A DNA stretch of 64,000 nt from Setoptus koraiensis (taxonomy: Eukaryota > Animalia > Arthropoda): the NCBI GenBank assembly GCA_048013815.1, contig CM106585.1:8680001-8744000 (forward strand), in the 5' to 3' direction. The translations under genes were made by a program, and so were the position numbers. The notes beneath the pieces were generated by a model. That model had not been told where the DNA came from. It ran no database searches and was given only the letters and a program-made list of their open reading frames with translations. Below, one piece after another: positions 52,241 to 63,608 of the stretch; the first letter of the stretch is position 1, and each line of letters begins with the position of its first letter.

Positions 52241-53548
52241 ATGAAGAGCGCAGCAGGAGCGGCCACCGTCCGACCGGGCGACCTAGCCGTGTGGGCAACC
52301 GCCACACTGTTTGTCACCATAGTCAGCTGCTGCTCGCTAATTGGTGTCTCCATTATGCCCCTCATATCCGGCCCCTCATACAAGATATTCATAACGCTGT
52401 TCACGGGCCTCGCCGTGGGCAGTCTACTGGGTAGTGCAATATTTAGTTTAATACCGCAAGCCTTCAATTTACACACCATACACAACGATGGTCACGCTTA
52501 CCTGTGGAAAGCGCTGGTGATATTTTTTGGCATTTATCTCTTCTATTGCTCCGAGCGACTAATGAGAATCTATTTCGAGCGACGAACGCAACGCAGACTA
52601 AAGAAACACAACAACAAAACGGGCCCGCCAAACAACTCTGCACAATCACAACAACAGGCTGCTGTCGATGACGAAAAACAACAGCAGCAGCAGCAACAAG
52701 ACGGTGGCAGCAAGTTACGTGACATAGAAGAGGGCGCCGGTAAGGCGCCCGCGCCGCAAGGCGGCAGCACCGCAGACCCGCTGCTCATGAGACGTGTCAA
52801 AAGCGAAGACAACAGAGCCGTCAGCGGCGCAAAACGTGACGCAGCCGACACAACCGGCCCCAACCAAGATAACGGCGACAATCTGGCCATGAGGCCCGTG
52901 AAGCCGGCCAGCGATAAGGCCATTGAGCCGGCAAACAACAAGCAAGAGCCCAATGACGCGCCTGGCCTGCACGGCCATCAGCATGTGGGCCACCATCACA
53001 CCCACCTGAATCCGCACGACATAATCACTAGCGCCGCAAACAATCCTAATAATAACAGTGCAATGAAACAAGCTATCGCACCTGTCGCCTGGATGATCAT
53101 CTTTGGCGATGGCCTGCACAACTTCATAGATGGCCTGTCCATCGGGGCCGCATTTAAAGAGTCTATTTATTTTGGCATAAGTACCTCGGTTGCGGTCATT
53201 TGTGAAGAGTTTCCCCATGAGCTGGGCGACTTTGCCGTGCTCATATCATCCGGCATGAGAGTTAAACAAGCGTTATGTTGTAATTTTTTTAGTGCATGTA
53301 CCTGTTACGTGGGCATGGTATTTGGCATTTTACTCGGTGATACGACCCAGTCGGCGTCATACATTTTTGCATTGGCAGGAGGCATGTTTTTGTACATAGC
53401 TCTTGTAGATATGATGGGCGAGCTCAGTGCCACTTTAGATGAGCCAAATCAATCTACAAAAGAAACATTGAAACTCTTGATCATGCAAAATATTGGCCTA
53501 CTCACTGGTATAATAGTAATATTCTCATTAGCTTGGATTGATGTTTAA
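52241..53548 (+). CDS. SLC39A14: LIV-1 family metal transporter, ZIP8/ZIP14-like; 5' end uncertain
   Basis: GLAVGSLLGSAIFSLIPQA, His-rich TM3-4 loop, AWMIIFGDGLHNFIDG and CEEFPHELGDFAVL (the EExPHE variant typical of ZIP8/14). Confidence 0.88.
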   Translation: MKSAAGAATVRPGDLAVWATATLFVTIVSCCSLIGVSIMPLISGPSYKIFITLFTGLAVGSLLGSAIFSLIPQAFNLHTIHNDGHAYLWKALVIFFGIYLFYCSERLMRIYFERRTQRRLKKHNNKTGPPNNSAQSQQQAAVDDEKQQQQQQQDGGSKLRDIEEGAGKAPAPQGGSTADPLLMRRVKSEDNRAVSGAKRDAADTTGPNQDNGDNLAMRPVKPASDKAIEPANNKQEPNDAPGLHGHQHVGHHHTHLNPHDIITSAANNPNNNSAMKQAIAPVAWMIIFGDGLHNFIDGLSIGAAFKESIYFGISTSVAVICEEFPHELGDFAVLISSGMRVKQALCCNFFSACTCYVGMVFGILLGDTTQSASYIFALAGGMFLYIALVDMMGELSATLDEPNQSTKETLKLLIMQNIGLLTGIIVIFSLAWIDV

Positions 53549-53660
53549 TGTTTGATATATTTTTTTTTTCTAAGATTCTAATTTACTAAGTAATAATAAT
53601 AAAAAAAAATGTGTAAACATTGCTCAATCAAACGAAAAACGGCAATTGGAAGTCTAGCGA

Positions 53661-55808
53661 TCACAAGCTGGTGGTCACCTGCTCAAGGTCCGGAAATAGC
53701 TCTTGCAGGGCCGATTGGTCGGCCATTGTTGATATATCGCCCAGATCACTGTCGCCGCACGAGGCCTTCTTCAATATTCGGCGCATTATCTTGCCTGATC
53801 TAGTTTTTGGTAATTGTTTCATGCTTTTTATTTGGTCCGGCAAAGCGAGCGGTCCTATTTTGGTTCTTACTAAATCCCTGAGATCCGACTCAATATCCTC
53901 ATTATATTCAGCGTCGTTTTTCATAACCACGTAACAAGACAGCGCCTCGCCCTTGATAGGGTGAGGATATGACACGACAGCCGCCTCGGCGACGTCGCAA
54001 TGTTCCGCCAAGGCACCCTCCACTTCTGCCGTGGACAATAGATGACCGGAAACGTTGAGCATGTCGTCGGCGCGTCCCAGTACCCAAAAGTAGCCGCTTG
54101 AGTCGCGTTTAGCTCTGTCGCCCGTTATATAGTACGTATGAGATGAGTCTTTTGAGAAATATGTAGACTCAAATCGGTCATGGTTTCCATTAATTGTAGT
54201 CAGCATACCTGGCCAGGGTGCCTTAAATACCAAATTGCCCGCAATGTCCGATTCTGTGATCTCGTTGCCGTTATCGTCCACAATAGAGGCATCGACACCA
54301 AAAAAAGGTTTTGTGGCCGAGCCGGGCTTAAGCGGAGTTGCGCCAGGCAATGGCGTCAACATTGGGGCGGCCGTTTCCGTTTGAAAGTACGTATCTACTA
54401 TGGGACAATTTTTGTTGCCAACAACCTCATAAAACCACCTCCAGGCGTCCGGATTCACTGGTTCGCCCACTAGGCCCAATAGTTTTAGGGACGATCTACT
54501 GCAACTTGTTACATACTCGTTGTCGTATCGCATCAACGATCTCACCACTGTCGGAGCGGAGTGCATTATGGTCACCTTGTACCTGTCGACTATTTGCCAG
54601 AAACGAGCCGGCGTGGGATAAAATGGGGTGCCTTCAAACAGTACGCAAGTGGCCCTGTTGCACAAGGCCCCATAGACGCTCATGGTGTGACCAGTGATCC
54701 AGCCCAAATCGGCAGTACAAAACATAATATCGTCATCGAAATAATTAAATACATACTTGAACATAGTGGCCGCGTATAGCATGTAGCCACCCGTTGATTG
54801 AACGATGCCCTTTGGTTTGCCAGTGGAACCGCTAGAGTACAACACAAACAACGGGTGATTTGAGTCTACCCAAGTGACGCCGCAATCGTCGCTGGCATCC
54901 TCCATCGCGGTGGCCCAATCAACGTCTAGCTGCTCGTTCCATGTAATGGTGTCCGTCAGAAGCCCATTGCTGTTGATGGTGATCTTAATCATGGATTCAT
55001 CTAGAGAGTTTTCCTCACTTCCGCTTGCGCCCGTTTTGCGCAAACCCATTCTGGCCAACACTATGCACGCTGTGATTTCTTTGTATTTTTTCATTGCCAT
55101 ATCGGCTATGTTCTTCAAATTGATCAGTTTGTCGCCGCGATAAAAACCGTCCGCTGTCACCAAAACACTACTGCCGGCGTCTTGCATTCTGTCCGCCAGA
55201 GCGTCGGCCGAAAAGCCGCCAAATACTACTGTGTGAATGGCGCCCAAACGGGCGCAAGCCAACATGGTCACCACCAGCTCGATGGTCACCGGCATATAAA
55301 TAGCAACATTGGAGCCAATTGTCACGCCGTACCTCTTGAGAACATTGGCACATTTGCACACCAGACTTCTGAGGTCGTAATAGCATATTTGTTTTGTTTC
55401 GTGCGGTTGGTTTCCCTCCCAAATGTAGGCTATCTTGTCGCCGTAACCATCGCTGATGATCCTGTCTAGACAATTATAGCTGATGTTTGTGAGAGCGCCG
55501 CGCATCCATTCGACAAATATTGGTCCGCTTTTAGAGTTGAAATTGTAGCGCAAAAAGTCGCTTGCAAGCGGCTCTCTCTTCCAATAGAAATCCGTTATGG
55601 CAATGCTGCGCCAAAACGACTCAGGATAATCTATTGAGGTCTTATAAATGGACTCGTACTGTTTCTCTGACGATATTCGCGCATTGCGACTGTACTCCTC
55701 TGGCGGATAATACACCGAGTTGATGTTTTTTGCGCTATCTACGTCGTCGTTGTGGTCTGCAATGTTGTTGTCGTTGTTGTTGTTATCCTCATCGGATATT
55801 TGTAACAT
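53661..55808 (-). CDS. ACSS2: Acetyl-CoA synthetase, cytosolic type, intronless
   Basis: FLRYNF...IFVEWMRGALTNISYNCLDR, YSSGSTGKPKG, ADLGWITGH, QTET, GRADDMLNVSGH, LPKTRSGKIMRR. Confidence 0.95.
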   Translation of the reverse strand: MLQISDEDNNNNDNNIADHNDDVDSAKNINSVYYPPEEYSRNARISSEKQYESIYKTSIDYPESFWRSIAITDFYWKREPLASDFLRYNFNSKSGPIFVEWMRGALTNISYNCLDRIISDGYGDKIAYIWEGNQPHETKQICYYDLRSLVCKCANVLKRYGVTIGSNVAIYMPVTIELVVTMLACARLGAIHTVVFGGFSADALADRMQDAGSSVLVTADGFYRGDKLINLKNIADMAMKKYKEITACIVLARMGLRKTGASGSEENSLDESMIKITINSNGLLTDTITWNEQLDVDWATAMEDASDDCGVTWVDSNHPLFVLYSSGSTGKPKGIVQSTGGYMLYAATMFKYVFNYFDDDIMFCTADLGWITGHTMSVYGALCNRATCVLFEGTPFYPTPARFWQIVDRYKVTIMHSAPTVVRSLMRYDNEYVTSCSRSSLKLLGLVGEPVNPDAWRWFYEVVGNKNCPIVDTYFQTETAAPMLTPLPGATPLKPGSATKPFFGVDASIVDDNGNEITESDIAGNLVFKAPWPGMLTTINGNHDRFESTYFSKDSSHTYYITGDRAKRDSSGYFWVLGRADDMLNVSGHLLSTAEVEGALAEHCDVAEAAVVSYPHPIKGEALSCYVVMKNDAEYNEDIESDLRDLVRTKIGPLALPDQIKSMKQLPKTRSGKIMRRILKKASCGDSDLGDISTMADQSALQELFPDLEQVTTSL

Positions 55809-56638
55809 GTCTACACCTGTCTAACGTATTTGACTTGCTTGAGTGTGACGATTGATTTCTGTTGTTTCTGCAGCCACAAAGTCGTCGTTTGGCACTTTAA
55901 TGTGTGTTTATTGAGTGATTAATCTCGAATCGTCGGGATTGGGTTGAGGCGACACCGAATGTGACACTGGCAACTGGCACACGAGCAACAACAACAATGG
56001 GCACCAGCAAATGCAGCGGCGGTTGTAAAATGCAAAATGGCGAACGAGTGCATGTATATTTGTGTAAAATGTTGGTGTTATTTTTGTTCAATCTTTTTAC
56101 ACGTCTGTCAATATTGGCTGGCGTACCGCGCTAACAGTGGAACTGGCGGAGTGACACTCTATTGAATGGATAGATATTTTGCGGTTTTTCCGCCAAGACA
56201 GCCAGTCGACTAGTTGCCGTTGGATAGACGAGGCAAGTGTGATGTTTTTGGCAAGCCCGAGACGATCACGTTGAGTGAAATGATGGAAAAATAGGGAGAG
56301 AGAGCGGGCGAGTGTGTGTGCGGAGAAGAGAGCTCTTCTCGGATCTATTGATTCATTCAATTCCAACAAAAAGTATAATTCATTATTAGCGATAATAATT
56401 GAACATGGATATGCAAATATGACGCCTGAAGATTCTGCAAGCGAGCGCGCCATCATGGCCAACATGCGGAGCATTAGTCTAGCCATGAGCTATCGTGATG
56501 ATACGATGCCAACATGCTGATTCAACTAGTGCCGACAGCGGTTGTATCTGGCTGGTTGTATGGCGCGGTGGTAGTAAAGTGTTAATCTGTTCTGATCATC
56601 ATCACGCCACTATTTATGTTTAATTCATTGACAAATAA

Positions 56639-56641
<3 letters not shown>

Positions 56642-56671
<30 letters not shown>
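56642..56671. repeat. (GA)n microsatellite
   Basis: About 15 GA units. Confidence 0.9.
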
Positions 56672-56674
<3 letters not shown>

Positions 56675-57773
56675 TGAGTTGATTGTGATAGATAACGATG
56701 CCACAAACATGTGGCTGCCCTCGTCTTCCATTAGCTTCTCCATGATAAAATCAGCCGAGTCCACCTAGCCGAGACAATCTGTTTTCGGGCCGACGCACGC
56801 CACTCATCTGACCAGCTTATCGGCTGACTTGTGTCCCCAAATAGTGCCCACATGATGCCATCCCAAACGAAGCCAAGGCGACACGATCGAGTCTGTTCAC
56901 GACGACGGCCATGAACGTCGCAACTTATAACTCAAACTTGTACTCAATAAAACGGTATGAGCGCCATCAAATCAACACAACAAAACACAACAGACGAGCA
57001 GCCACGTTATTTGATAGCTGATATCTGACCACGCTTTCCGCTATCATCAACAGTATATTCACACCAGTGACGCAATCATATCTCATTGTTTGTTTGTAAG
57101 AGCGGAGTGAGAGTTTGATGCCCACGAAGAGAAGCCCAGAGAGAAACTCTATCGCCAGTAGTATCGCCAGTAATATCGCTAGCACTATCACTAGCACTAC
57201 CACTAGCGTTTTCCTACTTCCCTTAGGTGATAAAAAATGTCTCCTACAACAACAACGCATCTTGTGACGTCGGCGCGAATGAATAAGAATATGTAATGCA
57301 TACGCGTCGATGATATTCAAATGTCATCGCGGCAGACGCCACGACAATAAAAGCAAACGCAATTATGCCGTCTAGCCAGTGGATTAAATCCATTGGCTGA
57401 AATGGATATAAATTGGCTGAAATGGATATAAATTGGATAAAATGGCCAATTTGCAGCGCAGTATTTACGGAATGGATGACAACAATAGTAATAATAATAT
57501 TAGATGCTTTATTTAATGCTGATTTTAAATCCACGAGGGACGAGGTGCGGACGCATTTGACTATTTAGACTATTTACTGTGATGGGGGACACAACGCTGA
57601 TGTGACACTCAACTTGAACGTTCACACGTTACTGGTGCGTGCGCTTTCATTGATCAAATTGATTGTTTCGATTCAATTGTTTCGAGCCAATTAGTTCAAT
57701 CAATTCAATAATTTACTAATTTGCTAATTGAGATACCAAATGAGAGGAGCGAATCAAATGAGAGACGGTTGTG

Positions 57774-59126
57774 TCAGAGGGCCTGGTTAGACGATTCGGT
57801 GATGGGTTCGCTTACCACGGAAAAGCTCGTTCTGTGGTAAATGTTTTTTGGTGTTATTAGTGGCGATGTTGTTCGCGACGACGAATTGTCGTCATCTGGG
57901 CTGATTTGATTTATCATGGCATCATGATGTTGGTTGTATTGATTGTTGAAGTTTGATATTAGATTACCAGAGAAGTAGTGACCAATGGCCGCTGTTGTTT
58001 GCTGCAATGCAACGTTTGTTGGACTTGACTGGCCACTAGGGGGACTGCTGCCGGCAGTTTGCAGCCAGCTATTATTACTGTTGCTGCCCTGAAATGGCTG
58101 CTGGCTCCCATTTACTCCGGGCGGCGGTGATATTGGCGGGGGCGGATTGTTGCCGGGATTGTTGAAGACAGCATTAATGTTGTCCACCAACAATTGATGC
58201 TTGTCTGCCATGGAGTGACTGTTCTGCAACGAGCTAACCGCTCGCTTCATAATGTTGGCCTGGTCGCTCCAGCCCGTGTTATATTTCCATTTTGTGACAT
58301 AATATTCGCTGTTGTATTTAAGCATGTGAAAGTCAATCTCTTTTCCAATCATAACGCAGCAACGCTCAACTACCTGTTCGGTGGGCAACGGTTCGAGATT
58401 TCTCTGCGAGGCGCCGGGCAATTTGTTGTTTATGCGGCACTTGTAACTGGCGGCCACCTCAACCAGCGGCGCGCACCTAACAACGCACCTGAAGCCGCTG
58501 GGCACCCAATTGGGCAGCAAGCCCCTGGGGGTCACATTGCCCGAGTTATTTCCCAGGGCGGAAGTTGAGGCTGCCCTGTTTCTGTGCTGGCTGCTGCCGT
58601 GTGCGTTATTGGTTATTTTCAGATTGTTGTTGTTGTTGTTGTTGTTATTATTGCAATAGAATATTGATGACTGGGGCGGCGGTGTGGCCGAGTGCTGCTT
58701 GCTTCTGGTGTTTTTGTTTTTGTTGTTGCTGCTGTTGACGCTGATGTTGATATTGATGTTGTTGCTGGTGCTGGTGCTCATGTTGTTGTTGCAAATGTTG
58801 CTGTTGTTGTTGATGTTGTCGTCGCTGTTGCTGGTGGCGCTGACGGTGGCCTTGTTCTCTTCTTGAATCCTCTTCTGCTGCCCACTCAATCGCTCGCCCG
58901 AACCTCTGTGCATGCCACTCGCCACCGTGTCCGACTGGCTATCACTGTCCGTTTCCGGTTCGGTCACATACACAATGTTGCCGTTGCCGATGTGAATTGC
59001 AAATTTGCTAAAAATGACCATATCGATCTCAACAATGTCTCCATCTTGTGCAATCTCACTCACTTCCCAAGCGCCCCTGAAGGGCCCCAGTTCGTATTCA
59101 TCGAATGTTTGCGCTTGATTTTTCAT
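57774..59126 (-). CDS. LRAT/PLAAT (NlpC/P60-permuted) domain protein, predicted catalytically dead, with an Asn-rich insertion
   Basis: GDIVEID..FSKFAIHIGNGNIVYV, YKCRINNKL, PLPTEQVVERC..MIG and YNSEYYVTKWKY, which align to PLAAT GDLIEIF..HWAIYVGDGYVVHL, VNN, PLP..II.RA and NCEHFV. Confidence 0.8.
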   Translation of the reverse strand: MKNQAQTFDEYELGPFRGAWEVSEIAQDGDIVEIDMVIFSKFAIHIGNGNIVYVTEPETDSDSQSDTVASGMHRGSGERLSGQQKRIQEENKATVSATSNSDDNINNNSNICNNNMSTSTSNNININISVNSSNNKNKNTRSKQHSATPPPQSSIFYCNNNNNNNNNNLKITNNAHGSSQHRNRAASTSALGNNSGNVTPRGLLPNWVPSGFRCVVRCAPLVEVAASYKCRINNKLPGASQRNLEPLPTEQVVERCCVMIGKEIDFHMLKYNSEYYVTKWKYNTGWSDQANIMKRAVSSLQNSHSMADKHQLLVDNINAVFNNPGNNPPPPISPPPGVNGSQQPFQGSNSNNSWLQTAGSSPPSGQSSPTNVALQQTTAAIGHYFSGNLISNFNNQYNQHHDAMINQISPDDDNSSSRTTSPLITPKNIYHRTSFSVVSEPITESSNQAL

Positions 59127-59144
59127 CTTGACCTATGATCGTTT

Positions 59145-59234
59145 ATCCAGTACGATGATATCCAGTACGATGATTTCGAGTGCGATGATACCGAGTGTGA
59201 TTATACCGAGTGTGATTATACCGAGTATGATGAT
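59145..59234. repeat. 15-bp tandem repeat x6 with a gradient of divergence
   Basis: ATCCAGTACGATGAT x2, TTCGAGTGCGATGAT, ACCGAGTGTGATTAT x2, ACCGAGTATGATGAT. Confidence 0.9.
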
Positions 59235-59761
59235 ATATTCAGATGATAAATAAATGTCGTCATAATTAGTTAGTATAAATAGTAAACAAACAAATAGAAG
59301 TACATATAACAACTATAACTACTTATAACAACTATAACTACTTATAACAACTAGACGACGAGATTGATATGCTGTAAATGTAGTGTAATGTAATGTGAGA
59401 TTATTGTTGTTATTATTAATAGTGACACAAGTCAACTGGTGCCACTCATTGCTAACAATTCTGCTCTGTCTAAACGGCGTGGCTTGGCGTTGATCTGATT
59501 GTTGTTGATTCGCTTGGTGTTGGTTGTTTAAATAATCACAGTGATTGTGTGGCTTTGGCCATCTTACATCCACATTTCATTGGCTGATTGCTCTAGATGA
59601 ATAGTTGTTGATATAATCAAATCAAATTGTTGTCGATGCCAACTGGCCGCTAGGCGAAACATAAATCATTATCATAAAGTAATTATGTGATTCATTGATG
59701 GGATTCATTGCTGTTTCACTAGCTCGTTGTACTGTACGTTGTATCTGCTAGTCTCATCTCG

Positions 59762-60170
59762 TAGTGATCGGGGGAGGTTGGGAGGTGACCTCCCCCTCCC
59801 GCCTCCCGGCACCTCCCAGTCGACCTCCCGCCTCCCACCTCCCGCCTCCCGCTTTTCAGGCGGGAGGAGCTCGACCTCCCAGAAAAAAGAAAATACTGTA
59901 AAGTAGTTTCTAGGAAGCGAAATTTATGTAATAGAACAATTAATAAGTTTTACATATATTCTTGATGAATTCATCCAAATTACATCCGGTTTCAGTTGTC
60001 TTAACCAAAGTGGGAGGTCGAGCTCCTCCCGCTTTTTAGGCGGGAGGCGGGAGGTCGACTGGGAGGTGCCAGGAGGCGGGAGGTGGGAGCCAACTGGGAG
60101 GGGGAGGCGGGAGGCCCAAGACCATATAGCGGGAGGTGGGAGGCGGGAGGAATACCTCCCCCGATCACTA
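59762..60170. mobile_element. 409-bp non-autonomous hAT-type DNA transposon (MITE)
   Basis: Perfect 17-bp TIRs TAGTGATCGGGGGAGGT (59762-59778 and 60154-60170); exact 8-bp TSD TCATCTCG (59754-59761 and 60171-60178); GGGAGG/CCTCCC subterminal repeats; AT-rich centre. Confidence 0.93.
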
Positions 60171-63100
60171 TCATCTCGTTTATATTTATATCTGCCGCGG
60201 TTTATATTTATACCAAGTACGACAGCGACAGGTATGGCAAGGGCAGTGCAGTTTTATTTAATCATTTATCATTTATTACTACCAATGGATCGTCGTCGTT
60301 CACTATGTTTATCTTTGCAACAAATGAACATAATTGACTAACCAATTAACTAACAAGTTGTAAGTTGTATCAAAGCTGGCCTGCTTAACAATGTACAGTG
60401 TACAAGTAGTGTAGTATCTCTAGTAGTTTATTCTCTTACCTGACTCACTTTTATCTCACTTTATTTTGACACAGTCATCACTCATCAAATTGATTTTAAT
60501 TGTTTGTCAGTTAAAGGTGCACGGATTATTGTTATCCAAACAGCAAACGTATCGCTGTAACTTTGTTGTATTGTTGCTGCTAGTAATGAAAGAGTTATTT
60601 GCAAACAGATGAGTCTTGTCTAACAATTTGTAAAACAATTTACAGCACAATAAATAGCTATAATCAAATAATTAGCTTTTGTGAGTCACTCTCAAAACTG
60701 CTAGATTCTTCTGACGATTAACTAAATTTCTAGATCTTTTTCTTCTTTTCTAATTCACTTAGATCACTGTGTTTCTCGCCGTGCATTCGTGTTGTGATGA
60801 GAGTGAGATGTTGCGTCAAGTCTGTATAAGTCTGTATGTATCATATGATAAGATATTTGTAAGATTCCGGGACTATGCGCGAGATATTCACCTGCGGATA
60901 TGATTGGTCTGGTGTGATTGTTGCAGGTTGAACAGTGTGCAAAGATGAGCTAAATTTATTGATGGATATTTTTGTTTTTGTGGTGGGCTGTTCACATATT
61001 AGTTGATACTATCAACTTGATAAAATCGAATCGGTGTTGTTGTGAATTATTCATGAAAATCATCTGTAGGGTGTCGAGCAAACGAAGCCAATTGTTTGTA
61101 TATGTGTGGCTAGTTGATAAATTTACGAGTGTCCTTGTACTTTTGCACCAAATATCTCGAAATTGAATCTTTCTCTATTGTGAATAAATGTTATCAACTA
61201 ACTCAACTATTGATACACTTCTTGGATATTTGCATATCGATTGCTGGCTTGCCTTCTTACGTACTATATTCAGCCCTCAACACTAGTTGGTTGGATTTGT
61301 CAATATATTCTCACATATATATATTCTCTAATTTCCATTAACAAATTCTTCGTAAATTGTTTTAGATCATCTGTTGTTCTAAATGATGTTACGGCTCACC
61401 GATCATGAGTGGCTAGCGTGATTTTGCGGACATTGCAAGCCTGTTTTGTCTGCCTATATATGTACAGCTGTATAATACATATTATTAGATAGCTTGTATT
61501 AGTGTATTGATTGTCAGCGTTATTTGTTATGTATTCGTATTGCGTAATAGTAGTGCGTGTTGGCTATGCGCATTCATTAGGAGATATGTGCCAACAGTAG
61601 AGCGCATATCGTATAGCGACGATACAGTTAGAGTCGTCACATAACAGCGTAGGTGATGATGATGACGACAACGATGTGGTTGCATAATGTTTACTTTTTC
61701 AACAGCTACTCTAGCACGATATTATCGACCCAATCGACTGCGAGTGTGTCAAATTGAGTGTGTCAATTCGCAGCAACAGCAAACAGCAGCAGCAACAACA
61801 ACAACAACAACAACAACGACGACAACAACAACAACAACGACAACAGCGGCCGTTTGATTGAAAGAAGAAGCGAATTCCTCTCCTGTCTAGACTATAGTAT
61901 TTGGATTGTTATTATTGGTGTCGCTGTTGTTGTTGTTGCGCCATGTTACCTAGTGCCTTTGAGGTCAGGTATTGGATAAAGAAAAGCACAAATAACACGG
62001 ATAAAGAGAATGTTTTTCCGCGGCGGCAAGTCGCTATTATTGGCTGCTGATTGTGTTGTCATTTAATTGGATGTTGCATGTGGCCAGACGCACGTAGACG
62101 CACTTGATATGTTTAGTCACGTTTGAGAGGGCCCACAAACAAACGCTTTGTTGCAACAATATCGCTATGAATACGTCGCTGCAAACCGCGTTCTGTGCTG
62201 TGTACCATTTTAGCAACAACAACGACGACAAAAACAACAACAACAACAAGGACAGAAACGGCAACAACAACAACAACATCAACAAATGAGCTAGAAAAGA
62301 AAGAGGCTATAGAGACCTTGGCATAGCGAGTTGTCACAAACGAGCCAACTCATCATAATTGGATTGTTTGTGAATACTGGTGTCTGCGGATGCCGGGCCC
62401 ACGCAATAGTGACCCGACAACAAATCAGCAACCATTTCGGCGCCATTATTGTCACAGCGGTACAGCCGTCAGCCGGGCCCCACTTCGGGGACCTTGATTT
62501 CTCGAATTGGTGCCTTGGGTTAGTGCCCGAAATTGGCGTGTCTAGGCGCACAATAACTCACTGTGGACTTGCAGCGTTATAACAGCATCATTTGTCACTA
62601 GTGTTTACGCTACTATTGCCATCACAACAAATGTCACTTACAATAAATCTTTACTTACTGTTATGACAGGCCTATGAATTCGCCTTGGGCACAAGAATCC
62701 TCACGAGATTGGCCACTCGCTTTTTTTCTAGACTTCAATATAGAGTCTAGCAAGATTCTTATTCCGGACAGTGTCTTCGTTTGCTTACATGGCGCCTCTA
62801 TTTTAACAATCCAGTCCAATGATATGTTTATCAGACCAAATTTGTCATATATTTTCGGCGAATTAGAGTGCCTGCTCGATGTCAGTTGCTCTGTTTGTTT
62901 TTTGGTATCGCTGCTTGTGTTTATATTTGCTCCTACGAGACAGCCCTCTCGACCTGATGGAGACGTTTTGGAAACGATTGCGGCCGACCGATCAATTTAA
63001 TATTTTGTGTACCAGCACACCGACAATTGTTAATCTGAAATCAGCTATTATTCACGGCCTCTGAGCTATGAAACTGTGGATACTTGAATTGCAGCCAAAT

Positions 63101-63560
63101 GGTAGCCAAATTGTGGCCGATATATAGCCGAATAGTAGCGTATGGGCGCTTGCCAGTGACATGAGCTGTTGTTTTAACCAATCCTAGATATTTTTCAGTT
63201 TTAAATAGCGATCTAATGTTTCAATGTCTAATTGTTTTGCGATGATGTGTCTACTGCATGTTTGTCAGGAACCTTTTTAGTTGCGTAGTAAGTGGTGCTC
63301 CACATATTGTTATTTTCGCTAGAGACATTGATTAATAATGATTGATATTTTGGAGTTTTGCTCGAAATTTATCCTTATTGGATTGCTCACATTGAATACA
63401 AGTGCACACACTCAGACTCACTTGCGATATAAAAAAAAATTGTTGAAAGATAGTGATAGAAAGATAGCACCTAATAATTTGGAGAACTCATCACACATCA
63501 ATGAACTGGCACATTGTCAAATTGTTGTTCAGCTTAATAGACAACAATCATATAGAATAC

Positions 63561-63608
63561 AGAAAACAGAATAGAAAACAGAATAGAAAACAGAATAGCA
63601 AACAGCAA
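63561..63608. repeat. 12-bp tandem repeat (AGAAAACAGAAT x3 plus a degenerate unit)
   Basis: Read directly from the sequence. Confidence 0.85.

Noticed and set aside
60066-60341. Gly/Arg-rich ORFs overlapping the MITE right arm
   Set aside because: By-products of GGGAGG repeats; they cross the element boundary and have no transposase motifs.
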